Assembly: GCA_963749495.1 (NCBI GenBank)
Contig: CAVVMW010000014.1
Coordinates: 224,001 to 288,000, forward strand
Source: an uncultured bacterium
GTDB taxonomy: Bacteria > Verrucomicrobiota > Verrucomicrobiia > Limisphaerales > UBA8199
Direction: 5' to 3'
DNA: 64,000 nucleotides
Every line of letters begins with the position of its first letter. Within the stretch, counting starts at the first letter, position 1. A program made the translations under genes and the position numbers. This document shows, one piece after another, positions 46,150 to 56,930 of this stretch. The notes under the pieces were generated by a model. The model had not been told where the DNA came from and searched no databases. It saw only the letters and a list, made by a program, of their open reading frames with translations.

Positions 46150-49033
46150 TTGGGCGAACCGGAAATCGTGAGCCAGAATGGAACACGGCCACACGGATTC
46201 GATGCGGGGCAATTGCCGGCTTCGCTTCCCCCAGGGGGAGGGCTCACGCCTGGAGGCAGGCAAGGAGGCTCTTCCCTGGTCGGGAAACGGCTGGGCCTCT
46301 ACGAGGTGGAGGAATTGATTGGGGCGGGCGGCATGGGAGAGGTGTACCGGGCCCGGGACCAGCGGCTGCAGCGGGCGGTGGCTTTGAAGGTGCTGCCGCC
46401 GGAATCCAGCCTTGACCTCGAGCGACTGGCGCGCCTGGAGCGGGAGGCGCGCATGCTCGCGGCACTCAACCATCCCAACATCGCCGCCATCCATGGGCTG
46501 GAAGAGGCCGAGGGGACGCGCTTTCTGGTTTTGGAATTGGTCGAGGGCCGGACGGTGGCGGAGCGGCTGCAGCGAGCGCCGATCCCGCTGGAGGAAACGC
46601 TCGATCTGTGCCGGCAGATGGCGGAGGGGCTGGAGGCGGCCCATGAAAAAGGGATCATCCATCGCGACCTCAAACCTGCCAATCTCAAGCTCACACCGGA
46701 TGGCAAGGTCAAGATCCTCGATTTCGGGCTGGCCAAGGCGCCCCACCCGGCGCCCGCGGCCCTCGACTCCAAGGCTCCAACCCTGACTCAGGACATGACC
46801 CGCCCCGGAATGATTTTCGGCACGCCCGCCTACATGAGCCCGGAGCAAGCCATGGGCAAACCGCTCGACAAGCGCACCGACATCTGGGCCTTCGGTTGTG
46901 TCCTCTACGAGTGCCTCGCCGGGCACAAGGCCTTTCAGGGCGAGACCATCACCGAGACCCTGGCCGCCATCCTCAAGGGCGAACCGGACTGGCAGGCCTT
47001 GCCGGCCACCACGCCCCGGAGGGTAAAGGACCTGCTGGAGCGGTGCCTGCGGAAAGACCCTAAGGACCGTTTGCACGACATCGCCGACGCCCGGATCGAA
47101 CTGCAGGCCCAGATGGCGCGCCTGCCGGAGGAGACCCTGCGAGCGCCGCCGCGACTCTTGCCTGGCCGGCTCATCGCCGCAAGCCTGACCGCGCTTGGCA
47201 TCGGGCTCCTGATTGGCGCCGCGGCGATGAAATACCCCAGGCCCGGGACCTCCCGCCTATCCCTGCCTGTCACGCGCTCGGTCGTCAAGCTGGAATCCGG
47301 ACAGTGGCTTGAGGGCCAGCGCCTGAGTCCTCCCTACGGATTTGATCGTCCGACCCGCACGGCCATGGCCCTCGCCAGCGATGGTCGGTTCATAGTCTAT
47401 AGCGCGGTCAAGGAGAATCCCGGCGCGCAGGACAAGCCTTGCCTGTACTTGCGGAGGATCGACCAACTGGTAGCCACGCCCATCGCCGGAACCGAAGGCG
47501 GGTCCAGCCCCTTCCTTTCGCCCGACGATCGGTGGGTCGGCTTCTGGGCGGACCAAAAGCTGATGAAGGCGCCGGTGGAGGGCGGAGTTGCGACAGTGTT
47601 GTGCGATGTGCCCCTTCCCTTCGGCTTCAGTTGGGGGGATGATAACCAGATCCTGTTCGCACCGGGCTGGGGTTCTGGGCTCTCGAGGATTTCCGCCGCA
47701 GGCGGCAAACCGGAGGTCTTGACTAGGCCGGATAGCTCAAAGGGCGAATTCGCTCATCGTCTCCCCCATTGCCTCCCCGCCGGAAAAGGGGTCCTGTTTA
47801 ACATCATGCGACAGCCTTGGGACGTGCATTCAGGGGTTGCGGTCATGGAGGCTGGCGACGCGAAAATGGCGCGTGTTGCTCGAAGATGCCGCCGATGCGT
47901 GCTATGTCGCCACGGGCCAGCTTGCTTTCCTTCGTCAGGGAACACTGATGGTGGTCCCTTTTGATCCGAACAGGCTTGAGGTTACGGGACAGCCCGCGCC
48001 CGCCGTTGCAAACATCACCCAGGCCCTCAATACTGGGAGCACCAGCTCAGACACGGCTGCCGGCCAATTCAGTATTTCCGCCTCAGGATTGATGGTTTAT
48101 GCGCCCGGCGGAATCCTTCCGGACATGCAGAACTCACTCGTTTGGGTGGATCGCCAGGGGAAAGAGGAACCGGTCGCCCCTTTTAAGGCTCCCTTTTTCG
48201 CTCCACGCCTTTCACCCGATGGTCAGCGGATCGCCTACATTACCGCGGGAATGGAAAGGAATGTCTGGATTTTTGATCTGAATCGCGGAATTCCCACGAG
48301 GCTGACTTCCGAGGGTTTCCCCAACTGGGTGATATGGTCCCCGGATGGCCAGCGAGTGGCCTTTGGCTGGCACAAAACAGGCATCCGAAATATCTATTGG
48401 CAGCCTGTTGACGGAAGTTCTCCGATGGAGCGGCTCACACAAAGTGAGTACATACAATCCCCCGCATCGTGGTCTCCGGACGGCGAAACGCTGGCTTTCA
48501 CGGAACACCACCCCGAGACGCGTTACGATATTCACCTGCTGAACGTCCATAACCGGAGCGTCACGCCGTACCTGAACTCTCGATTCGATGAGATGTATCC
48601 GGAGTTCTCACCTGATGGACGGTGGATGGCATACGCGTCTGATGAGTCAGGGCGCCTTGAGGTATATGTTCAGCCCTTCCCTCGCGGTGGGGGTAAGCGG
48701 CAGGTATCCAGTGAAGGAGGATCAGACCCTGTCTGGGCGCGCAACGGGAAACAGTTGTTTTATCGGGGGGCAGGGGCAGGAACTCACCCGACACATATCT
48801 GGTCTGTTGATGTGCAAACCGGGTCCGGTTTTTCGGCCAGCAAGCCGCGCCTAGTGTTTGACAAGTCGGGATACTCTGATAGTGATCCGGGGCACTGCTG
48901 GGACATTGCGCCTGACGGAGATCGATTCCTGATGGTGAAGCTCGATGAAAGAAAGCCCCAGCCCTTGACCGAAATGGTCCTGGTCCAAAACTGGTTCGAG
49001 GAAGTCCGGCGCCTCGCGCCGGCCAGGAGATGA
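46150..49033 (+). CDS. Hanks Ser/Thr kinase with a TolB/PD40 beta-propeller (frameshift ~47850)
   Basis: GAGGMGEV, VALK, HRDLKPAN, DFG, YMSPE; repeated SPDG; start uncertain. Confidence 0.92.
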
Positions 49034-49086
49034 GGCGGGGGTCAAGGCCCTCATCAATCGCTTTGATCCGGTTGGTCTGAATCTCC

Positions 49087-49476
49087 GGCCCAAAGGGCCG
49101 GCAGAGCCCAGCCCAGGGCTGAGGCCGCCAGGCCGATGCCCTGGGAACATGCCCCTCGAAGATCAGGCGCGCCCTGAAAGAATCCCCCGAACGAATTCGC
49201 GCTTTGCGCCCCTGAACCTCGACACTGCGTTCCCGTCCCGCGAAGCGATTTGGACTGCGGCAGTCCTCTGCCGCTTTTGTGCCCCCTCGCTGCCGACGCG
49301 AAAGCGGCAGGGGACTGCCGCAGTCCAAGACCTTCGGACTTGGTGTCGGTTCATGGAGAGGGCGCCAGAGCCCTCTGGCGCCCTTTCAGGGCGCGCCTCA
49401 TTCTGCAGAGGCTTGTTCCCAGGGCATCGGCCTGACGGCCTCAGCCCTGGGCTGGGCTCTGCCGGCCCTTTGGGCC
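49087..49476. repeat. Composite REPIN with a nested second element
   Basis: ~60-bp near-perfect outer inverted arms GGCCCAAAGGGCCGGCAGAGCCCAGCCCAGGG..; inner TTGGACTGCGGCAGTCC inverted pair. Confidence 0.85.
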
Positions 49477-49684
49477 GCGAGGCAGAGCAGGAAAAGCCGG
49501 CTCATTCTCCCCCAAGTCAATTCACATTGTTACATTTCCTTTGCACACCTGCCTAACCACGGCAGTATCGGTCGAGAGGCAGTGAAACCTTGGGACACCG
49601 AGAGCCATCAGGAATTGCGGCCCCTCTGAGGTTTCTTTTCTCCTTCCCATTTTGGTGTAAGTTGTCTATCAGCAACCAGACCCA

Positions 49685-51244
49685 ATGACAACAGACTCAC
49701 AGGAGTTCTTCATCAGCGGCGGCACGCTGCGGGCCGATGCGCCCTGCTATGTCGAACGGCAGGCGGATCGCGACCTGGTTCACGGCCTGCTGGCGGGCGA
49801 GTTCTGCTATGTGCTCACCTCGCGCCAGATGGGCAAGAGTTCGTTGATGGTGCGCACGGCGCAGAAGCTGCGGGAGCAGGGGCTGCGCGTGGTCGTGCTG
49901 GACCTGGCCGCCATCGGCCAGAACGTGACCCCCGAGCAATGGTATGACGGCCTGGCCCTCCGCCTGGGGAACCAGCTCCGGGTGGAAGATGAGCTGGAGG
50001 ATTTTTGGCAGGAGAATCTCCGGCTGGGGCCCTGCCAACGCTGGTTCGCGGCGCTGCGGGACTGTGTGCTGGCGCGGCTGAACGGCGCCGCGGCGGCGAC
50101 ACCGGGCGCCCCTCCCCAAGCTCCGGCGGCCACCCCCGCTCCCTCTGCGCGGCTCGTCGTCTTCATCGATGAGCTGGATGCTGTGCGGAGCCTTCCGTTT
50201 CCCACGGAGGAGTTCTTTGCCGCCATCCGCGAATGCTATCATCGTCGTGCCCAGGACCCGGAGTTGAACCGGCTCACCTTTTGCCTGCTGGGCGTTGCCG
50301 CTCCCGTGGAACTGATGAAGGATGCCAAGCAGACGCCGTTCAACATCGGCCGCCGGATCGAGTTGGTGGATTTCTCGAGGACGGAGGCGCAGCCGCTGGC
50401 GCTCGGGCTGGGCCTGCTCTGCCCCGCCTGCCAGGGGCTCGACACTCAGGCCCTGCTGGACCGGATCATCCATTGGACCCACGGGCACCCGTACCTGACC
50501 CAGCGCCTGTGCCGCGCTGTGGTGGAATCGGCCCAAGCGGGCGACCGTGCCAACGAGGAGTCCTTGATCGACCGGCTCTGCGAAGAGCTGTTTTTGTCGG
50601 CCCACAGCGGGGAGAGGGACGACAACCTGGTGTTCGTGCGCGAGCGCTTGCTCCATACCCAGGCGGACCTGGCCTCGTTGCTCGAGCTTTATGAGCGCGT
50701 GCTCGCCGGCCAGACGGTTTCGGACGACAGGCTGGATCTATTCGTCAGCCAGCTTCACCTGGCCGGCATCGTGCGGGTGGACGAACAGCGTCTGGCAGTC
50801 CGCAATCGGATCTACGAGCGCGTCTTTGACCGGCCCTGGGTTGCGGCCATCAAGCCCATCGCCGAGCTGGAAAAGCCCGGCGGCAAGCGGGTGCGCCTCA
50901 AGGGCACGTGCTCGCTGGGGCGGACGGAGAATAACGATGTAGTCCTGGCGGATGTGATGGTTTCCCGGCATCACGCATTGATCCAGAAACAGGGCCAGGA
51001 GGAGCTTTGGCTGGTGGACCTCGGCAGCCGCAACGGCACTTACTTGAATGGGTCGCGCCTCACCCGGCCGACGTTGCTCCAGGACCAGGACCAGATCGTT
51101 ATCGGCTCCTGCCGTCTGTTGTTTCACCAGCCAAACGCACCCCGGCGGCCGGTGAGCGATCGCACAACCCTCGATCGGACCCTCATCCAGACGCGCAGTC
51201 AACAGCACGATCATCGGCCTCCCAAGGATTCCCCTTCCAAGTAA
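49685..51244 (+). CDS. AAA_35-like NTPase with a C-terminal FHA domain
   Basis: YVERQAD, SRQMGKSS, FIDELD, PFNIG; FHA motifs LGR..VSRHHA..DLGSRNGT. Confidence 0.88.
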   Translation: MTTDSQEFFISGGTLRADAPCYVERQADRDLVHGLLAGEFCYVLTSRQMGKSSLMVRTAQKLREQGLRVVVLDLAAIGQNVTPEQWYDGLALRLGNQLRVEDELEDFWQENLRLGPCQRWFAALRDCVLARLNGAAAATPGAPPQAPAATPAPSARLVVFIDELDAVRSLPFPTEEFFAAIRECYHRRAQDPELNRLTFCLLGVAAPVELMKDAKQTPFNIGRRIELVDFSRTEAQPLALGLGLLCPACQGLDTQALLDRIIHWTHGHPYLTQRLCRAVVESAQAGDRANEESLIDRLCEELFLSAHSGERDDNLVFVRERLLHTQADLASLLELYERVLAGQTVSDDRLDLFVSQLHLAGIVRVDEQRLAVRNRIYERVFDRPWVAAIKPIAELEKPGGKRVRLKGTCSLGRTENNDVVLADVMVSRHHALIQKQGQEELWLVDLGSRNGTYLNGSRLTRPTLLQDQDQIVIGSCRLLFHQPNAPRRPVSDRTTLDRTLIQTRSQQHDHRPPKDSPSK

Positions 51245-51275
51245 TGCAGCCTAGTTCAGTCTGATTCGTCATTCG

Positions 51276-51518
51276 TCATTCGTCATTCGTCATTCTCGAA
51301 CCCCCGCTCGTCCTGCTGCCAATCCAATCCAACAGCAGAAAAGTACAAACGAAGAATGGGAACACCCCATAGAGCGTGTCACTCACCGAGTGGGAATGCC
51401 GGTCAGCGGCCCTGAAGACCGTCAGGCAGAACAACGCCGCAACGACGCTCACCACTGTGCCGGGGACCGAGACGGGGACATAGACCCAGCCGATACGCTT
51501 GAACCAATGGGTTTTCAT
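51276..51518 (-). CDS. Small membrane protein
   Basis: MKTHWFKRIGWVYVPVS..DRHSHSVSDTL; two hydrophobic segments. Confidence 0.6.
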   Translation of the reverse strand: MKTHWFKRIGWVYVPVSVPGTVVSVVAALFCLTVFRAADRHSHSVSDTLYGVFPFFVCTFLLLDWIGSRTSGGSRMTNDE

Positions 51519-51660
51519 ACGATTTCCACAGGACAATGCGTTTTCACTTTGTATTACAAAGTCAAACCCGTCAAGCCCAAAACATCCGCCCACCTCCCCA
51601 ACGGGGCGCATCGGGCGGGCACCACCACGCGAGAGAGAACCGCGGGGCCGAACTCAGTAG

Positions 51661-51786
51661 CCCGAAGGGCTTATGATCACTCAGCCCAGGGTTGCGCGGA
51701 ACGCGCTACCCTGGGTCATGCGCCACCAGTTGACCACCTACCCCGAAAGGGGTTGTATCCCTGCTGCTGAAACCCTTCCAGGGTTT
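51661..51786. repeat. REP-like element (related copy 59749-59862)
   Basis: ATCACTCAGCCCAGGGTTGCGCGG(A/C)ACGCGCTACCCTGGGTC shared by both copies. Confidence 0.8.
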
Positions 51787-51845
51787 TCAGGTTTGGTGGC
51801 TTGGCCCCTCCAGACCCTGGCCGAGTTGGGTTGCGTGTCCCTCCT

Positions 51846-51952
51846 TCGCGAAGCGTCTGGAGTGCGGCGCATGCCGCCGCTCTTCGAACCCACGCCTTGC
51901 GGCGTTCGAACGTCAGAGCGCGGGAATGCCGCGCACTCCAGACGCTTCGCGA
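51846..51952. repeat. REP-like inverted repeat (21-bp arms)
   Basis: TCGCGAAGCGTCTGGAGTGCG / CGCACTCCAGACGCTTCGCGA. Confidence 0.85.
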
Positions 51953-51972
51953 GCTGGGCCGGGCGTGCCTGC

Positions 51973-52721
51973 TCACGGCGCTGCTGCCGCCGGCCGGTTG
52001 CGGAAGACGATGATATGCTGGCGCGGAAGGCCGCCGATGGTGGCCACCCAGGCCAGGGGGAGCGCGGACATCTCTTTCTTCACCTGGGCCTCGGTCATCT
52101 TGTGCAGGAGCTTGATAGGGACGGCCGGGTCTTCGAGGCGATACTCGACAAAGACGACACGGCCGCCGGGCTTGAGCGCGCGGCAGATGCCGGTCATCAT
52201 CTCGTAAGGAAAATCGAACTCATGGTAAACGTCCACCATGAGCACTAGGTCCACCGAGGCCTCGGGGAGTTGGGGCTCCGGGTGGTGCCGAGGACGGGAA
52301 CGACGTTGGTGATGCGCAGGGCGGCCATGCTGGTCTGCAGCAGGTCGAGCATCTCCTGCTGGATGTCCACGGCGAAAACCTTTCCGGCGGGACCGACCTT
52401 CCGGGCAAGGCGGCGCGTGAAATAGCCCGTGCCAGCGCCGATGTCCGCCACGGTGTCCCCCGGCTTGAGCTGCAGCCGCTCGATGAGCATTGCCGGCTGC
52501 TCCTCGGCCTCGCGCTGGGGCCGTTCCAGCCACTGGGCCCATTGATGGCCCATCACTTGGGTAATCTCGCGGCCCATGTAGAACCTGCCCGTGCCGTCCG
52601 GGCTGTGGTCGGCGTGCCATTCGTAGCGCGGGGGGGCGGGCTTGGGCGCGTCCTGGGGCGTGCCGGCTCGAGGCGACAGGCTGGCCATGGCGCAGAGCCA
52701 GACCAGGAGGGAACGACTCAT
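51973..52721 (-). CDS. Secreted class I SAM-dependent methyltransferase (frameshift ~52270)
   Basis: YMGREI, VADIGAGTGY, then SVDLVLMVDVYHE in a second frame. Confidence 0.88.
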
Positions 52722-52960
52722 CGAGCGAGGGCGGTGGAGGCGGTGAGCCCAAAATGACGAATGACGAATGACGAATGACGAAGCAGCCATAGCGCGGTCC
52801 TTTTGGCCAACATCGGGCTGGAGGCGCGCTTTGGCAAGCGGGGGAAGGGGCGAAAGGAACCTAAGGGACTTAAGGGACTACGAGCGCAGGCTGCCTTCGT
52901 CATTCGTCATTCGTCATTCGTCATTCGTCATTCGTCATTCTGCACTCGGCGCACTCCGCA

Positions 52961-54049
52961 CTACTTATAGGAGCGCAGCGTGAGGAGGAGCCCCTCCATC
53001 AGCGGCCGGAGATCGCCCAGTTGTTGCTTGACCGAGTCCTGGGCGTAAAAGGCCTCCAGGTAGTGCCGGTGCCGGGCCTCGGTAAGTTCCTGGAACGGCA
53101 GGCCCTGGCCGGGGATGGGGTTGGTCTGGATGTCCACGAATCTGGCGGGGCTGGCGCTGGAGAAGTCGATGGCCTTGAAATCGAGGGTGCGCTCCAGGGG
53201 ATTGCTGCGTGTGCGGTAATGGAGCTTGCGAGAGGAGACCTCATAGACGATGCGCCAGACGGTGAAATCACCCTGGCAGACCTGTTCGAGGGTATCGAAG
53301 GCGTAATCGAGGTCCTGCCGGGGTTCGCCGGGTTTGAAGGCGGCGGCGCGGGCGGCGGCGTGGGCGAAGCGGGCGATCGAGCTCCGGTCCTGGGCGCGGG
53401 CGGGCAGGCTGGCCGGCTGCGGGTGCGCCTTGACGTAGTCCGCCGAGGCCCCGTAGGTCTCGTTGGCCAGCGCCCGGCATTCGAGCGCGGGCCCTCGATG
53501 CACGACCATCTTGCCGTCGAGGAACTCGATGGCGGCGCAGTTTCCCTCCGCATCGCACACCAGGTAATGCACCCGCGCCATGTTGCGCACCGAAGCCGGC
53601 GGCGGCTCGACGCGCAGCTTCCCATCCGTGGCAATGACCTCGCCCACGCTGCGGCAATTGTCGAGCTGGTACTGAATCCACTGGAACAGGTTGACCGCCG
53701 GGCGCGCGTCCGGCGCGGCATAGCCGGTTTCCGGGAGCACCATGTTCTCGACCACCAGGCCCGTCTCGTTCATGCCGCCAAAGGGCAGTTCCCGGCCACA
53801 CTGATTGAACGTCACACTCCCGTACCTCGAGGTCCATTTCGTCGGCGAGCCTTCCGTCATCAAAAAGGCAGTCTTCTGCACGTCCCGCGGGTTGATGATC
53901 GTCAGGCCGTCTTCCCAGAACCAATCCAGGTTCCGCCCGAAATAGATTCGCTCTTTGCCTTTCAGGACAAAGGTCGTGCATGGCATCGCCGTCTGGGCGC
54001 ACAGCAACAGGCTCAGCACAATCCTCAGGCCCTTGAGTACCGCTTTCAT
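52961..54049 (-). CDS. Choloylglycine hydrolase / linear amide C-N hydrolase (Ntn family)
   Basis: Signal peptide then CTTF, GRNLDW, GGMNETGL. Confidence 0.88.
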   Translation of the reverse strand: MKAVLKGLRIVLSLLLCAQTAMPCTTFVLKGKERIYFGRNLDWFWEDGLTIINPRDVQKTAFLMTEGSPTKWTSRYGSVTFNQCGRELPFGGMNETGLVVENMVLPETGYAAPDARPAVNLFQWIQYQLDNCRSVGEVIATDGKLRVEPPPASVRNMARVHYLVCDAEGNCAAIEFLDGKMVVHRGPALECRALANETYGASADYVKAHPQPASLPARAQDRSSIARFAHAAARAAAFKPGEPRQDLDYAFDTLEQVCQGDFTVWRIVYEVSSRKLHYRTRSNPLERTLDFKAIDFSSASPARFVDIQTNPIPGQGLPFQELTEARHRHYLEAFYAQDSVKQQLGDLRPLMEGLLLTLRSYK

Positions 54050-54183
54050 ATTTTGATCGGGCTGATGATCGCCGCTTATTTTCTTCTCCGCAAGAAGTGA
54101 GTGTGGTAGAAGCGGTGGCGAACCAGGCGCCGGGGCGTGGGCACAATCGCGCGCGGCGCCGGCGTTGACCGAATCATCGTCGT

Positions 54184-54672
54184 ATGGACAAGACCTTCAC
54201 CTTCACCGTTAACGGGCAAGCCCGGACGGTCACCACGGACCCGGAGCGTCCGCTCCTGCACGTGCTGCGCGAAGACCTTCAACTCACCGGCACCAGGTAC
54301 GGCTGTGGGGAGGGCCAGTGCCATGCCTGCACCGTCCTCATCAACGGCCAGAGCACGCCCTCCTGCATTACGCCAATCCGCAACGCCGACCAGCAGGCCG
54401 TCCTGACCATCGAAGGGCTGGCCCAGGGCGAGCGGCTGCACGCGGTGCAAGAGGCCTTCCTGGCCCAGAGCGCCTTTCAATGCGGCTATTGCACGCCCGG
54501 CATGGTGCTCGAGGTGGTCGGGCTGTTGAAGGGCACACCCAAGCCGACGGATGCGCAGATCCGCTCCAGCCTGCAGGGCCACCTGTGCCGCTGTTGCAAT
54601 TACCCGAGGCTCATCCAGGCGGTTCAACACGCCGCCGCGCTGCAATCGTCTGGAGATCAGGGGGCCAAATGA
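54184..54672 (+). CDS. [2Fe-2S] subunit of a xanthine dehydrogenase-family oxidoreductase
   Basis: GCGEGQCHAC, FQCGYCTPG, HLCRC. Confidence 0.93.
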   Translation: MDKTFTFTVNGQARTVTTDPERPLLHVLREDLQLTGTRYGCGEGQCHACTVLINGQSTPSCITPIRNADQQAVLTIEGLAQGERLHAVQEAFLAQSAFQCGYCTPGMVLEVVGLLKGTPKPTDAQIRSSLQGHLCRCCNYPRLIQAVQHAAALQSSGDQGAK

Positions 54673-54763
54673 CGAATGACGAATGACGAATGACGAATGA
54701 CGAATGAATGGAGTGCGGAATGCGGAGTGCGGAGTGCAGATATATAGGAAGGACAGGACAGCC

Positions 54764-56911
54764 ATGAATGATGACGCAACGAACAGCCGGGCAACACAGG
54801 CCGAGGAGGCGGAGAACGTGCAGGAGGCGGGTTATGATTTTGGCCTGAACAGGCGCGGCTTTGTCCAGGTGCTGGGTGCGGGGCTGCTGGTAGCGGTGAG
54901 CGGGATGCCGGCGCTGGCCCAGCGCCGCGGGGGCCGGGGCGGCGGCCAGGGGCCGAGCACCCTTTCTGCTCGAATCCATTTGGGCAAGGACGGGACGATC
55001 ACCGTCCTGACCGGCAAGGTGGAGGCGGGCCAGGGGGCGCGGACGGAGCTGAGCCTGGCGGCTGCCGAGGAATTGCGGGTGCCCGTTGGCCGCATCCAAC
55101 TGCTCATGGCCGACACGGCCCTGGTGCCCGACAACGGGGTCACAGCCGGAAGCGGCTCCACGCCCCGAAGCGTGCCCGCGATACGGCGGGGCGCGGCCGC
55201 TGCCCGCCAGGTGCTGGCGGATTGGGCCGCCCGCAAGTGGGGCGTCGAGCCGGCGGCCGTCGAGGTCCGCAACGGCACGGCCCTCCATGGACCGACTCAA
55301 GGACGGCTCACCTACGCCGACCTGGCCTCCGACCCCGAGGCGCTCAAGGCCATGGACCAGCCGATCCAGTCCAACGTCGCCTTCACTCCCGTCAAGGAGT
55401 GGAAGGTCATGGGCGTCTCCACGCCGCGGACCAACCGGCGTGACCTCGTGACCGGCGCGCACAAATTCCCTTCGGACATCATCCGGCCCGGGATGCTCTA
55501 CGGCAAGGTCCTGCGCGCGCCCGCCTATGGGGCCAGGCTCACGGCGCTGGACCTCGCCCCAGCCAAGGCGATGAAGGGCGTGGTGGCCGTCCAGGACGAC
55601 CAGTTTGCGGGCGTGGCCGCGCCAACGACTTTTCAGGCCGACCAGGCCCTGGCGGCCATTGCCGCGACCGCCAAATGGGAACGGGCCCCCCACACTTCGA
55701 GCAAGGAACTCTTTTCACACCTGCACGACACCGCCCGCGGCGGCCTGCCCGCCAACCCGTTCGGCGATGAACTGGCCCAGGCCAAACAGGTCCTGCGCCA
55801 GACTTACCAGGTCGCCTATGCCCAGCACGCACCCCTGGAGCCGCGCGCCGCTGTCGCCGAGTGGGCGGACGGCAAGTTGACCGTGTGGACCGGGACGCAG
55901 AATCCGTTTGGGTGCCGCGGGGAACTGGCCCGCGCGTTTCACCTGCCGGAGGACAAAGTGCGGGTGATCGTCCCGGATTTCGGCAGCGGTTTCGGGGGCA
56001 AACACACCGGCGAGGCCGGCGTCGAGGCCGCGCGGCTGGCCCAGGCCGCCGCGCGCCCGGTCTCGCTGCGCTGGACGCGCGCCGAGGAGTTCACCTGGGC
56101 TTACTTCCGCCCGGCGGCCCTCATCCTCGCCGAGGCATCGCTCGATGAAAAAGGGGCCCTGACCTCGTGGCATTTCGTCAACGTCAATTCGGGCGGCTCC
56201 GCGGTGGATACTCCCTATCGCGCGGGCAAGAATCGCTGCCAATTTGTCACCGCCAACCCCCCGCTGCGGCAGGGGTCCTACCGCGCCCTGGCGGCCACGG
56301 CCAACACTTTCGCGCGCGAGTCGTTCATGGACGAACTGGCTGCGGCGGCTGGCGCGGACCCGCTCCAATTCCGCCTGGCCCACCTCGAAAATGCCCGCCT
56401 GCGCGCGGTCCTCGAGGCCGCCGCCCAACGCTTCGGCTGGGAGGATGCCCGCAAGAACAAGACGCCCAACGTCGGCGTCGGCCTGGCCTGCGGCACCGAG
56501 AAAGGCTCTTATGTGGCCGCCTGCGCCGAGGTCGAAGCCGACCCGGCGCAGAACAAGCTGGTGGTGCGCCGCGTCACCCAGGTCTTCGAATGCGGCCCCG
56601 TTCTCAATCCCGACAACCTGATCTCGCAGATCCAGGGCGCCGTCATGATGGGCCTGGGCCCGGCCCTCCGCGAGGAGATGCGCTTCGAGAACGGCGAGGT
56701 CCTCAACGCCACCTTCCGCAAATACCTGGTGCCCCGTTTCGATGACACTCCCCAGCTCAACGTCCACCTCCTCAACCGCCCCGACCTCGACCCGGCCGGC
56801 GCTGGCGAAACCCCCATCATCGCCGTCGCCCCCGCCCTGGCCAATGCCTTGTTCCACGCGACCGGCCGGCGTCTCAGGACGATGCCGTTGATGCCGAACG
56901 GGGTGGCCTGA
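54764..56911 (+). CDS. Molybdopterin-binding subunit (IorB-like)
   Basis: NRRGF Tat signal; GKVEAGQG, GFGGK, GAGETP, NALFHATG. Confidence 0.92.
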   Translation: MNDDATNSRATQAEEAENVQEAGYDFGLNRRGFVQVLGAGLLVAVSGMPALAQRRGGRGGGQGPSTLSARIHLGKDGTITVLTGKVEAGQGARTELSLAAAEELRVPVGRIQLLMADTALVPDNGVTAGSGSTPRSVPAIRRGAAAARQVLADWAARKWGVEPAAVEVRNGTALHGPTQGRLTYADLASDPEALKAMDQPIQSNVAFTPVKEWKVMGVSTPRTNRRDLVTGAHKFPSDIIRPGMLYGKVLRAPAYGARLTALDLAPAKAMKGVVAVQDDQFAGVAAPTTFQADQALAAIAATAKWERAPHTSSKELFSHLHDTARGGLPANPFGDELAQAKQVLRQTYQVAYAQHAPLEPRAAVAEWADGKLTVWTGTQNPFGCRGELARAFHLPEDKVRVIVPDFGSGFGGKHTGEAGVEAARLAQAAARPVSLRWTRAEEFTWAYFRPAALILAEASLDEKGALTSWHFVNVNSGGSAVDTPYRAGKNRCQFVTANPPLRQGSYRALAATANTFARESFMDELAAAAGADPLQFRLAHLENARLRAVLEAAAQRFGWEDARKNKTPNVGVGLACGTEKGSYVAACAEVEADPAQNKLVVRRVTQVFECGPVLNPDNLISQIQGAVMMGLGPALREEMRFENGEVLNATFRKYLVPRFDDTPQLNVHLLNRPDLDPAGAGETPIIAVAPALANALFHATGRRLRTMPLMPNGVA

Positions 56912-56930
56912 GCCGGGCCTGAACCAAATC

